Numbered from the stretch's first letter, positions 1 to 9,415 are shown. The stretch: DNA of 40,001 bases from Clostridia bacterium (GCA_030526225.1 JAUNDF010000002.1:5128-45128); one strand, 5' to 3'. The notes: a model not told the origin generated them from the letters alone. Program-made: numbers and translations.

Positions 1-98
1 TCGCGACAGCTCCCCCAGAGGGGGAGCCTTTCGGCTTGGCCGACACGATAAAGGCTCTCCCTTTGGGAGAGCTGTCAGCTTTAGCTGACTGAGAGGGT
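1..98. repeat. Structured intergenic repeat (REP/MITE-like), copy cut by the window edge
   Basis: Two GC hairpins, gctccccc-aga-gggggagc (9-27) and gctctccc-ttt-gggagagc (54-72), are followed by ctgtcagctttagctgactgagaggg. The architecture and right end match the element at 9252-9368. Confidence 0.7.
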
Positions 99-152
99 CT
101 CCGAGGCAATGAAAAAATGTGACAAATTTCCGGATTTTATTGATGTCCAATT

Positions 153-1388
153 TTAGTGATGCATGCGGCCCTTGCCGAACAGGCTGCGGCGGCCGCCGTA
201 GGGGGTCATGCTGCCTGCCACCTGCGGGGTCAGGGCAGGGGCGGTCAGGCTGCGGTTCTTGGTAACGTTCAGCACCAGACCCACGCCCAGCATGTTGGTC
301 ATCATGTTGGAGCCGCCGTAGGAAATAAACGGCAGCGGGATGCCGGTAATGGGCATCAGGCCCATGGTCATGCCCATGTTCTCAAACACGTGGAACAGCA
401 GCATGCCCATCACGCCGATAATCACCAGCCGGCCGAACTTGTCGCGGGTGTAGGCGGACAGGTACAGCATCCGCAGGATAATCAGGAAGAAGACAATCAT
501 GATGCCCACACAGCCCACAAAGCCCCATGCCTCGCCGATGGTGGCGAAGATGAAGTCCGTCCAGTCGGCGGGCACGTAGTTCAGCTGGCTGATGGAGCCA
601 TCCACAAACATGCCGATGCCGGTCAGGCCGCCGGAGCCGATGGCTGTCTGGCTCTGCAAAACCTGATACGCGTCGGTGGAGGAATACAATTCGGGGTTGA
701 TGAAGGCCAGAATGCGGGCCAGACGGTAGCTGTCCGCGTTGGTGGCCACGGTAAAGCCGTACAGGGCGGCGATGCCGATGACGGCCACACCGGCCATGCC
801 CATCAGCAGACGGAAGTCCACGTTGGCAAAGAACAGCATCACGGCGAAGAAGAAAATAATCACCAGAACGCTGCCCATTTCGCCGGACATCAGGGTAACA
901 AAGGTGGGGATGGCGACAATCAGCATCACCCGGAAAAACTCCTGCACATTGCCCATGGGCTTTTCCGACTGGGAAAGAACACGGGACAGCATCAGAATCA
1001 TGGCCAGCTTGATGAACTATGACGGCTGCAGCGTCATGCCCCAAATGATGTCCAGCCACGCCTTCACGCCCTCGGCACGGTTCAGCACCCACACAAGGGT
1101 CAGGAAGATGGTGCCGCCCCAGTAGAAGATGGGCGTGTAGCGGCGCAGAAAGTCGTAGGGAATCAGGAGCAGTACGGAAAGCACCACAGGACCCAGCGCC
1201 AGGAATACGCACTGTTTCACCGCGTAGGAGGATTCCACGATGCGGTTGAGCAGTGAGCCTGTGGGGGCCGAGTCCACGGTGTAGGTAGCGACACACACTG
1301 CCAGCACACCGAAGACGGCCAGACTGAATACAAGCAGAATCAGCGGCACGTCCACATGGGCCCGTGAATGTCTGTTTTCAACGATCAA
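153..1388 (-). CDS. rodA: SEDS-family peptidoglycan polymerase RodA/FtsW, with one in-frame TAG at 1017-1019
   Basis: ORFs 1017-1388 and 153-1001 share a frame (1388-1001=387). Read on the minus strand the junction is ...GMTLQPS-TAG-FIKLAMILML. It carries the SEDS motifs QPS(E)F and PFISYGGS. The start is a TTG overlapping the minD TGA (TTGA). The true stop is TAA. Confidence 0.85.
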
Positions 1389-2194
1389 AGCTTGTTGACC
1401 TCCTTGTGCTTGCGGCCAAAGAGCCGGGAGAAGAAGCCGGGCTTGCGCACGCCGTAGGCGGGGAAGGGCTCATCCATGCCCTCCATGCGCGCGGCAATGC
1501 GGGTGAGGGCATAGCGGGCCTCGCAGTCGCACTGCATCAGCGGCTTGTGGTTAATCAGGCTCCGGTATACCACCGGGTCCCGGGGCACCTCGCCCAAAAG
1601 GGGCAGGTCCAGGGTCTGGGATACCACGGCGGCGGAGTACATTTCCCCTGCATCAATCAGCTCGCTGTCCAGCATGTTGACAACAAGGCGCGGGGAGGGC
1701 ATGTCCTTGCCCTGCAGCACGGAGGCGGTGCGCTCCACGTTGCGGATGCACACATCGTCCGGGGTGCTGATGAGGATGGTTTCGTCCGTGTGCTTGTTCA
1801 GCAGCCCGCGAAGGCCGCGCTCGATGCCGGCGGGGCAGTCAATGAGCACATGGTCAAAGCTGAGCTTCAGCTGGCCAATCAGCTTCATAAATGCCTTTTT
1901 GTCCAGATCCTTGCTGCGGGCAAACTGGGCGGCGGGGACGAGGAACAGGTTGGTGTAATCGCCGTGGCGAATCAGGGCCTAATCCATGCGGCAGCGCTTT
2001 TCCAGCACATCCAGCAAATCGTAGACCACCCGGTTTTCCACGCCCAGAATCACATCCTGATCGCGCAGGCCGATATCGGCATCCACAATGCAGCAGCGGC
2101 AGCCCCGCTGGCTGAGCGCGGCGCCCAGCGCGGCCGTTACGGTGGATTTGCCAACGCCGCCCTTGCCGGATGCAATGATCCATGCTTTGCCCAT
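1385..2194 (-). CDS. minD: Septum site-determining ATPase MinD, with one in-frame TAG at 1979-1981
   Basis: Deviant Walker A SGKGGVGKS, Walker B region LIDCPAG and a C-terminal amphipathic GFFSRLFG are present. ORFs 1979-2194 and 1385-1888 share a frame. The junction ...EKRCRMD-TAG-ALIRHGDYTNLFLVPAAQ... is collinear with B. subtilis MinD EGRCKMHQALVKDKRF. Stop is TGA. Confidence 0.85.
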
Positions 2195-2239
2195 GTGTGT
2201 TCCCTCCTGTATGTTGAGTGTGGGTTGGGGGATGCTGTG

Positions 2240-4804
2240 TTACGGGGCCACGGAGTTGCCGGTGGGCAGATCGTAATCCACCGTGCGCAGCTCTTCCTGG
2301 TTGAGGTACCAGTCCAGGAACTCTCTGGCGGCCATGGAGGCTTCACCGCCGGAATATCCGTTGGGGATAAACACCGCGATGGCAACCTCAGGTTTCTCGT
2401 AGGGGGCGAAGGTTACGAACCAGGCATTGTTCTCAAGGTCGATGGAGGTAACCTGAGCGGTACCGGTTTTTGCGCAGATTTCATCCCGGTATTTCCAGCC
2501 CTTGAAGTACTTGGCAGCAGTACCTGATTCGTCAACTACGCCCTTCATCCCCTTCTTGATGTAGGGCAGGTATTCCTCTGCGTTTTCCAGCACGTTGATG
2601 AGCGTAGGCTCGCGCTGGGAGAGGATTTCGCCCTCGGGGGAGATGATGGAGTCGATGATGGAAACGTTGTACACATAGCCGCCGTTGGCCAGGGCGCATA
2701 CATAGCGCGCAACGGCGACGGGGGTGACGGTGGTAACCGACTGGCCGATGGCCGTCAGAATGGTCTGGGCGCCGCCCCACTTGATGTCGTTCATGTAGTT
2801 GTACGTATCACCGATGACGGACTGCAGGTAGACCATTTCCTTGGTCATGTTCAGCTCTTCCATCAGGATGGTACGCATGTTGTCCAGCCAGTAGCTTTCA
2901 TCGTAGTTGACGGCCATGTCCATCAGGCGCTTGGCGCAGGCGGACAGACGGGCATCATCATAGGAAAGGTTTCTGGAGGCACCGCAGTTGCGCAGGTGCT
3001 TTTTGATGGAGTTGAAAACGATGATGGGCAGGGAGGTATCCTGACTGGCCTCGTTCATGGCCTTGGTGGTATCGTACAGGGTGTTCTGGCTGCCCACCAC
3101 GCTGCGGACCTCACCGGGCAGGTCGATGCCGGTTTTGCTGGTCAGGCCGAAGAGGGAGGCGTAGTGGTACAGCCGCTGCTCGCCCAAACGGCTGCCCAGC
3201 TCGTAGAAGAAGTAGTTGCAGGAGTTGGACAGACCCTCCACAATCGTCTGGTTTTGATGCTTCCAGCGGTTGCCCTTGCCAATCCAGCATTTGGGAGCGG
3301 TGGATTCGTCCTTGTTGTACTTGGTGTAGTAGCCCTGGTCGGTGATGCGCTCCTTCACCGTCAGCTCGCCCTCGCACAAGGCGCCCATGCTGGTGACCAT
3401 TTTGAAAATGGAGCCGGGGGTTCCGCGGGCGTGGATGCCGTAGTTGAGCAGCAGGTTGCGTTCATCGGCAAGGATGGTGATGGCTTCCTTGCCGCCGGCC
3501 ACCAGCGCATTCAGGTCGTAGGTGGGGTAGTTGGCCATGGCCAGCACCCGGTCCTCCATATCCAGAATGACCATACAGCCGTGCTCGGCCAGGGACATGG
3601 GGTAGGTGACCCAGTTGCGGTTGGCGATGTCCTCTTTGTTGTCCTCCAGCCAGGAGTCGGAGACCATCAGCTTTTCCTGATTGTCACGGGTGTTGTTGAC
3701 GTTGGCGGCAATGGCGCGCTCGGCCACCTCCTGATAGGAGGCATGGAGGGTCAGCTTGATGTTGTTGCCGTCCTGGGGGGCGGTGTAGCTCAGCTCGCGG
3801 ACCACGCGGCTCATGTTGTCGCGCTCCACCACGCGCTGGCCCTGACGCAGGTAGCTGTTCTGGGTCAGCCAGTCCTCCATGGAGGATTCGATGCCGTCGC
3901 GGCCGATGGTGTCATTGTACGAATAGCCCTTGGCCCGCAGGGTTTCCCACATGGCCTGGGAGGGGATGGCGCCGGTGTAGCCGATAATCTGGCTGGCAAG
4001 GGTTCGCTTGGGGTACACGCGCTTGGTGCCCACCTGAATTTCCATGCCCACCAGCATCATGGAGCGGGTCTCCACCTCGATGACTGTTTCGTACTTCACG
4101 TTCTGGGCGATGACGATGGGCTGGGAGGAGAACACGTTCATCTGCATTTCGCAGTAGATGGCCATGACCTTCAGCATGGTTTCCTCATCCAGAATGTGAA
4201 CGGGGGTGTACTTTTCGCCCTCCAGCTCCTTCAGGGGCTCGATTTCGCTGGCATCGTTGACAATGCGGAAGCGCTGCTTGAGCAGGTTGATGCACTTTTC
4301 CGCCGTGTCGTACTTGGTCATGCTGGTCAGGTAGTTGTTGCTGCGCCACTGGCGCTCACGCTTGGCCAGTACGCTGTCGGATACGCCGGAGCCGAAGTTG
4401 AACTCCCACTCGTTTGTTTCCGGATTGCGCTGAATGACAAAGTCAATGGCCATGGTACCGCCGTTGCGCTCGATGATTTCAATGGTGTCCACAATGGACT
4501 GGGTAAAGGCGGTGTATTCCCTGCGGGAATTCTGGGAGGCATCCTTGTAGAAGGTGACGTTGTAAATCAGCTCGTCCTCAGCCAGCAGCACGGAGTCCGC
4601 ATCGATGATGGAGCCGCGCTTGCCGCGCAGCACCACGGTTTTGGTGCGGGTGCTTTCCGCCTTGTCCGCATATTCCTCGCTGGATTTCAGCTGCAGGTTC
4701 ACAAGGCCGCTGACAAGGTAGGCGAACATCAGCAGCAGAATCACCACAAACAGGACATACCGCCACAGGATTCCCCGGGTGGCAGGGTTTGATGAACGGG
4801 CCAA
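2240..4804 (-). CDS. mrdA: Penicillin-binding protein 2 (elongasome class B transpeptidase)
   Basis: 854-aa ORF with an N-terminal TM helix and the transpeptidase motifs SxxK (GSIFK), SxN (SNS) and KTGT. A TTG start lies 6 nt after AGGAGG. Stop is TAA. It sits between mreD and minD. Confidence 0.9.
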   Translation of the reverse strand: MARSSNPATRGILWRYVLFVVILLLMFAYLVSGLVNLQLKSSEEYADKAESTRTKTVVLRGKRGSIIDADSVLLAEDELIYNVTFYKDASQNSRREYTAFTQSIVDTIEIIERNGGTMAIDFVIQRNPETNEWEFNFGSGVSDSVLAKRERQWRSNNYLTSMTKYDTAEKCINLLKQRFRIVNDASEIEPLKELEGEKYTPVHILDEETMLKVMAIYCEMQMNVFSSQPIVIAQNVKYETVIEVETRSMMLVGMEIQVGTKRVYPKRTLASQIIGYTGAIPSQAMWETLRAKGYSYNDTIGRDGIESSMEDWLTQNSYLRQGQRVVERDNMSRVVRELSYTAPQDGNNIKLTLHASYQEVAERAIAANVNNTRDNQEKLMVSDSWLEDNKEDIANRNWVTYPMSLAEHGCMVILDMEDRVLAMANYPTYDLNALVAGGKEAITILADERNLLLNYGIHARGTPGSIFKMVTSMGALCEGELTVKERITDQGYYTKYNKDESTAPKCWIGKGNRWKHQNQTIVEGLSNSCNYFFYELGSRLGEQRLYHYASLFGLTSKTGIDLPGEVRSVVGSQNTLYDTTKAMNEASQDTSLPIIVFNSIKKHLRNCGASRNLSYDDARLSACAKRLMDMAVNYDESYWLDNMRTILMEELNMTKEMVYLQSVIGDTYNYMNDIKWGGAQTILTAIGQSVTTVTPVAVARYVCALANGGYVYNVSIIDSIISPEGEILSQREPTLINVLENAEEYLPYIKKGMKGVVDESGTAAKYFKGWKYRDEICAKTGTAQVTSIDLENNAWFVTFAPYEKPEVAIAVFIPNGYSGGEASMAAREFLDWYLNQEELRTVDYDLPTGNSVAP

Positions 4805-4865
4805 CAGCGACCTCCTTTCTGTCCCCGGGGGCGAAAGCCGCAGGGACGCGTATTTCTGCCCGGGC

Positions 4866-5657
4866 TTACATGGCGTTCATGTAGCGGCCGCGGGCCTGTT
4901 TCTTTTCCTTGGGGGGCTTTTTGAAGCCCAGCATCCGGCGCACGGGCACCATCATCAGGATGGTGAGCACCGTGGTGTAGATCACAGCGCCGATAGCCCG
5001 GCCGTAGTGCACCGGCATCAGGGCAATGCCGCCGATGTACAGGTACAGCATGTGCACCACCTCGTACAGCAGCTGGCAGCAGGCGGCGCAAAGGGGCGTG
5101 CGCAGGTAGGGATGCATGTTGTGGGCCGAGGGATTGCTGGCCCGCTCCGCTTCCAGCCTCTTTTCACTCTTGTCGGCAAAGAATACCGACATGAACAGCG
5201 CCAGAATCGGGTACATCAGCAGATAGAAGAAAATCATGGGCTTCATCATTGCATCGGTGATGATGCCAAAGCAAGCGCCCGCCCAGTAGGCGCGGAGCAT
5301 GCCGTGGCACACGATGACGATGGCTATAACGGCCAGCATCACATTGGGGGTTACGCCGCCCATGGCCAGATAGGGCACGATGCACACCTGACACAGGTAT
5401 GCCAGCAGCACCACCAGCCAGAAGCGAACCAGCCGCATGATGCCGCGGAAGCAGCGGCTGACAAAGCCCAGAAAGCCCGTGCGCTGCTTTTCCTTTTTCA
5501 GGGCAGCCCGGTCGGTGGTGCGCAGGGTATCCGCCTGCCTTGTCCTGATGCCGACAGCCAGGGGATTCTCCGCTGCTTTCCCGGCAAGGGAAAAGCGGGA
5601 TTTCCCCTGCTCTGCCTGGGGGATGTCCTGGCCGGGCTGTCTTGTGATATCAGCCAT
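4866..5657 (-). CDS. mreD: Rod shape-determining protein MreD (start uncertain; an internal ATG at 5438 is possible)
   Basis: The C-terminal two thirds is polytopic and hydrophobic, and the gene sits directly after mreC. The ATG at 5657 lies 3 nt downstream of the mreC stop. The 73-aa N-terminal extension is basic and low in complexity. Confidence 0.7.
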   Translation of the reverse strand: MADITRQPGQDIPQAEQGKSRFSLAGKAAENPLAVGIRTRQADTLRTTDRAALKKEKQRTGFLGFVSRCFRGIMRLVRFWLVVLLAYLCQVCIVPYLAMGGVTPNVMLAVIAIVIVCHGMLRAYWAGACFGIITDAMMKPMIFFYLLMYPILALFMSVFFADKSEKRLEAERASNPSAHNMHPYLRTPLCAACCQLLYEVVHMLYLYIGGIALMPVHYGRAIGAVIYTTVLTILMMVPVRRMLGFKKPPKEKKQARGRYMNAM

Positions 5658-5660
5658 GGA

Positions 5661-7226
5661 TCAGTCCTCCTCCCAGGTCATGGTGGCAGGATCGGGGGTG
5701 ACATAGGGTGTGGGCGTGGGGCTGGGTGCTTCGGTGGGCACCTCCGTGGGCCCGAAGCTGACGGGGTTGTACTCGTACACCACCGGGGCCGGTGTGGGCA
5801 CCGGGGTGATGGTGGGCTCGGGGGTGGGCTCCGGCGTGGGTTCCGGCGTGGGAGAGGGGGTCACCTCAACCATTTCCATGGGGATGGGTGTTTCGCCGAA
5901 GGTGGAGCCGCCGATGCGCAGGGTCGGGTAGGGGCGGGCGGTGGGCAGCTCGGCATACTCCATGTTGGCATATGCGGAGGTGCGGCCGGTCACCGCCTCG
6001 GCTGCGGGCTTGTAGCGCAGGACAATCACGTATTCGATGTGCTCAAAGTCCACATAGGGCTGCACCACGATGTACTGCTTGTTGCTCTCCATGCCGCGGG
6101 TACTTTCGCGGACTGTGCCGATGGGGATGCCCTTGGGGAAGGACATGCCCACGCCGGAGGTGACCACCACGTCGCCGGGGCGGGGCAGGTGATCGTCGGA
6201 GAGGTAGTACATGCGGCACATGTAGGTGCCGTCAATGCCCAGGGTGCCGGAAACGGTGCCCTGATCGCGGCTGGACTGAATCAGCGCGGCGATGGAGGCA
6301 TCGCTGTCGATAATACAACGGACGTCGGCGGTGGTTTCTTTCACGTTTTCCGTATAACCCACCAGTGCGCCGGAGATGGTTACGGCCATGTAGTCCTCAA
6401 TGCCGTCACGCTTGCCGCGGTTGATGGTCATGGTGGAGAAATAGCTGTTGTCACCACGGCCGATGATGGCGCAGGTGATGGGGTTCATGGCCGTGTTGGA
6501 CTGAACCTCATCGTTGATGTTTTCGTACTGGTTCAGGCGGATTTGCAGCTCCTCGGCCAGCATGGCCTCATAGGTGAGGCGCTCGTTTTCCGCGCGCAGG
6601 TCGTTGTAGGCCACCTCGATGTTGGACCGCAGCTTCAGCTGGCGCAGATACCCGGCCACACCCTCGGTGATGGTGGAGAAGAAGCTCTGCACGGGGGTCA
6701 TGGCCCCGGCCACCGCATCCTCGGGAATGCCAAGGAAGCTGAGGTTGGAAATGTGGGAGAAGAACATAAAGCCCAGCACCGCCGTCAGCATCAGGGTGAT
6801 GATGACGATGAACAGCGTCCGCAGCTTTTTGGGGGTGCGGGCGGCGGAATCATCCTTTTTGGGGCGGCGGTCTTCCTCATCCATGCTGCCGTATTTCTGC
6901 CGCATTTTTCTGGTCAGGGCATCGCCGCTGTCCTGTTCATCCCGGAAGGCAGAGGCCGGGTCATCGGCGTAATCATCCGGTGCGGCCATGATATCGGGGA
7001 TGGACGGGGAGCCGTCATCCTCGTCCTCCTCCATCAGGTCGGCATCATCGGGGATGTGCTTTTCCCGGCTGATGCCCTCATCGGCATAGCCGCTGGAGCC
7101 CATGGAGAAGGAATAGCCCAGACCGCCGTCATCCCGCATATCATCATAGATAAAATCATCATACGCCGGGGCGGCGGGGGTATGCTCATTGCTGCCGCTG
7201 TTTTTGCGGAAGGGATTTCTTGCCAT
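5661..7226 (-). CDS. mreC: Rod shape-determining protein MreC (long form, with an acidic N-terminal and a Pro/Thr-rich C-terminal extension)
   Basis: 521 aa with a TM segment, a coiled coil and an MreC beta-barrel core (VVTSGVGMSFPKGIPIGTV). Located between mreB and mreD. Stop is TGA. Confidence 0.85.
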   Translation of the reverse strand: MARNPFRKNSGSNEHTPAAPAYDDFIYDDMRDDGGLGYSFSMGSSGYADEGISREKHIPDDADLMEEDEDDGSPSIPDIMAAPDDYADDPASAFRDEQDSGDALTRKMRQKYGSMDEEDRRPKKDDSAARTPKKLRTLFIVIITLMLTAVLGFMFFSHISNLSFLGIPEDAVAGAMTPVQSFFSTITEGVAGYLRQLKLRSNIEVAYNDLRAENERLTYEAMLAEELQIRLNQYENINDEVQSNTAMNPITCAIIGRGDNSYFSTMTINRGKRDGIEDYMAVTISGALVGYTENVKETTADVRCIIDSDASIAALIQSSRDQGTVSGTLGIDGTYMCRMYYLSDDHLPRPGDVVVTSGVGMSFPKGIPIGTVRESTRGMESNKQYIVVQPYVDFEHIEYVIVLRYKPAAEAVTGRTSAYANMEYAELPTARPYPTLRIGGSTFGETPIPMEMVEVTPSPTPEPTPEPTPEPTITPVPTPAPVVYEYNPVSFGPTEVPTEAPSPTPTPYVTPDPATMTWEED

Positions 7227-7247
7227 TGTGTCACCTCGAAGGGTCGG

Positions 7248-8270
7248 TTATTCTTCTGCCGTCTGCCCGGAGAAGGACATGAGCAGGTTCATGTTTTCCA
7301 CCAGATAGCCCAGACCCATGATGGTGCAGTCCATGGGCTCACGGGCCAGCAGCACGGGGATGTTCAGCTCCTCGGCAATAAACTGGTCCATGCCGTACAG
7401 CTGGGTGCCGCCGCCGGTGAGGTGGATGCCGCCGCGCATGATGTCGCCGGCCAGCTCCGGGGGCGTGCGCTCCAGCACCCACTTGATGGCCGTCAGCACG
7501 GATTGGCAGGGGTCGCGCAGCGCCTCGTAGCACTGCTGGGTATCAAAGATGACCTCCTTGGCGTTGTGGGGGCCGGTGCCGTAGGGGGTGCCTACGATTT
7601 TGCTGCGGGTGTTGTGGCTCAGGGGGATGGCGGTGCCAAAGTCCTTCTTCAGCTTTTCCGCCGTGCGGATGCCGATGGAGACCTTGTGCTCCCGCAGGAT
7701 GTAGGCGGCGATGGCCTCGTCCATCTTGTTGCCGCCCAGCCGCACGGAATGGGCCACCACCATGCCGCCCAGGGAGACCAGGGCCACATCCGTGGTGCCG
7801 CCGCCGATATCCACCACCATGCTGCCCACCGGCTCATACACCGGCAGACCGCTGCCGATGGCGGCCGCATAGGGCTTTTCTACCAGGAATACGTGCTTTA
7901 CGCCGGCCTGATGGGCGGCCTCCTCCACGGCGCGGCGCTCGACCGCAGACAGGGTGGAGGGCACGGCGATGACGGCCTTGGGCTTCATGAAATGGCTGGA
8001 GCCGATGGCCTTGCGAATCAGGCTCTTGAGCAGGGCGGCGGTCATTTCAAAATCCACAATGGAGCCGTTGCGCAGGGGAAACACGGTTTCCAGCTGGTCA
8101 TTTACGCGGCCGAACATCACATAGGCATCATCGCCCACAGCCACCACCAGCCGCTTGTTTTTCGCGTCCCGCACGATGATGCTGGGCTCGCTGACCACCA
8201 CGCCGCGGCCGCGCACGTAGATGGTTGTATTGGAAGTACCTAAATCGATACCGATTTCGGGTGAGAACAT
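7248..8270 (-). CDS. mreB: Actin-like rod shape protein MreB
   Basis: 340 aa with the ASKHA motifs GIDLGTSNT, VVDIGGGTTDVA and IHLTGGG. Confidence 0.95.
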   Translation of the reverse strand: MFSPEIGIDLGTSNTTIYVRGRGVVVSEPSIIVRDAKNKRLVVAVGDDAYVMFGRVNDQLETVFPLRNGSIVDFEMTAALLKSLIRKAIGSSHFMKPKAVIAVPSTLSAVERRAVEEAAHQAGVKHVFLVEKPYAAAIGSGLPVYEPVGSMVVDIGGGTTDVALVSLGGMVVAHSVRLGGNKMDEAIAAYILREHKVSIGIRTAEKLKKDFGTAIPLSHNTRSKIVGTPYGTGPHNAKEVIFDTQQCYEALRDPCQSVLTAIKWVLERTPPELAGDIMRGGIHLTGGGTQLYGMDQFIAEELNIPVLLAREPMDCTIMGLGYLVENMNLLMSFSGQTAEE

Positions 8271-8310
8271 ATTTGATTGTTACCTCTCAGTCTTGTCTGT
8301 CACGAAGGAT

Positions 8311-8883
8311 TCAGGGCAGTATCTCGATGCCGCTTTCTTCCAGCAGCCTGCGGGTCAGGTCCAAAGGCAGGCCAATGACGCAGGAGGAGCTGCCGCGGAT
8401 CTGGTCAATCCACAGGCCCGCTGCGCCCTGCAGTGCATAGGCACCGGCCTTGTCCATGGGCTCGCCGGTGGCGATATAGCGGCGGATTTCTTCATCGGTC
8501 ATGTGGGTAAAGTGCACATCCGTCACGTCGGTGCCGGTGTGCATCAGCCCGCTGCTGTCGCAGACCACCACGCCTGTGCAGACCTGGTGCCAGCGATTGC
8601 GCAGGGAGGAGAGCATGCGGAAGGCATCCGCCTCATCCCGGGGCTTGCCAAGGGGCGTGTCATCCACAAACACAAGGGTGTCGGAGGCCAGCACCGTGCA
8701 GCCGGGGTGTGCCTTGGCAATGGCGGCTGCCTTTCTGCGGCTGATTTCCACCACCGCCTCCTTCATGGGCAGGGCGCAGCTTTCGTCCACATCGGCGGAT
8801 TCCACGGTAAAGGGAACGCCGGTCAGGGCCAGCAGCTCGCGTCTGCGGGGGGAAGCGGATGCCAGAATCAGTTGCGTGTTCAT
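8311..8883 (-). CDS. maf: Maf-like nucleoside triphosphate pyrophosphatase / septum formation protein
   Basis: 190 aa with LILASASPRRRELL and GAYALQG. It is the first gene of the maf-mreBCD cluster. Confidence 0.9.
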   Translation of the reverse strand: MNTQLILASASPRRRELLALTGVPFTVESADVDESCALPMKEAVVEISRRKAAAIAKAHPGCTVLASDTLVFVDDTPLGKPRDEADAFRMLSSLRNRWHQVCTGVVVCDSSGLMHTGTDVTDVHFTHMTDEEIRRYIATGEPMDKAGAYALQGAAGLWIDQIRGSSSCVIGLPLDLTRRLLEESGIEILP

Positions 8884-8931
8884 ACATTACCTCCGGGCTT
8901 GATGGCGTATGGTGATATCAAGCCATCTTGT

Positions 8932-8962
8932 ATTATAGCACAATCCCGGCGGGATTTGTGAA
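8932..8962 (-). promoter_or_regulatory. Candidate sigma-A promoter of the maf-mre operon, with a palindrome in the spacer
   Basis: The minus strand reads TTCACA-(19 nt)-TGcTATAAT, an extended -10 whose hexamer is at 8932-8937. The spacer contains the perfect palindrome aatcccg-c-cgggatt (8942-8956). It lies about 45 nt upstream of the maf ATG. Confidence 0.4.
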
Positions 8963-9251
8963 AGTTCATAAATCTTTTTTGTAACAAGTCTGTGAAGTGA
9001 ATATGAAGGAAGCGAAACGCACCTGTGAATTGTGCAGGGAGAGCAGCAGCTGACACACCGGCACACTGACACACACGGTTTTAAAACTTTTCTGTTCCTG
9101 TATTTCTTTTTACTTAATCAAACTCTTTCAAAACAAGTGTGTCATGTGTGTCAAAACCCGGAAAGCCTTGCCCCGCAAGGGCTGAGGCCGGCACACAGCC
9201 TGACACATTGCTGACACAGTGTGCCGGGAAAAAGGACATCTGCTGCCGAAA

Positions 9252-9368
9252 ACCCTCTCAGTCTTCGCTTCGCTCAGCCAGCTCTCCCAGAGGGAGAGCC
9301 ATTATTCAGGTTGACAAACTGAAAAGGCTCCCACTTTGGGGGAGCTGTCAGCTTCAGCTGACTGAGAG
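9252..9368. repeat. REP/MITE-like element with hairpin-bearing inverted arms
   Basis: The left arm is aaccctctcagtcttcgcttcgctcagccagctctcccagagggagagcc. The right arm is ggctcccactttgggggagctgtcagcttcagctgactgagaggg. Its reverse complement begins ccctctcagtc, like the left arm. A short AT-richer core separates the arms. Confidence 0.7.
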
Positions 9369-9371
9369 GGC

Positions 9372-9402
9372 AAAAAAAGGACCCCGCATCACTGCGGAGT
9401 CC
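9372..9402 (-). terminator. Rho-independent terminator downstream of hydA
   Basis: The minus strand reads ggactccgca-gtga-tgcggggtcc followed by TTTTTTT (the forward A-run at 9372-9378). Confidence 0.75.
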
Positions 9403-9415
9403 TTGTGGGGTGCGA

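Noticed and set aside
4779-8243. 1154-aa plus-strand ORF, the longest in the track
   Set aside because: It is antisense to mreD, mreC and mreB, which have clear family motifs. Its translation is a low-complexity G/A/H/D/V-rich string typical of shadow ORFs in GC-rich DNA, where the sense strand avoids TTA/CTA/TCA codons.
9032-9214. 60-aa ORF in the maf-hydA gap as a small protein gene
   Set aside because: It has no RBS. Its sequence is dominated by translated TGACACA repeats (THRHTDTH) and an AT-rich stretch. It is better explained as non-coding.
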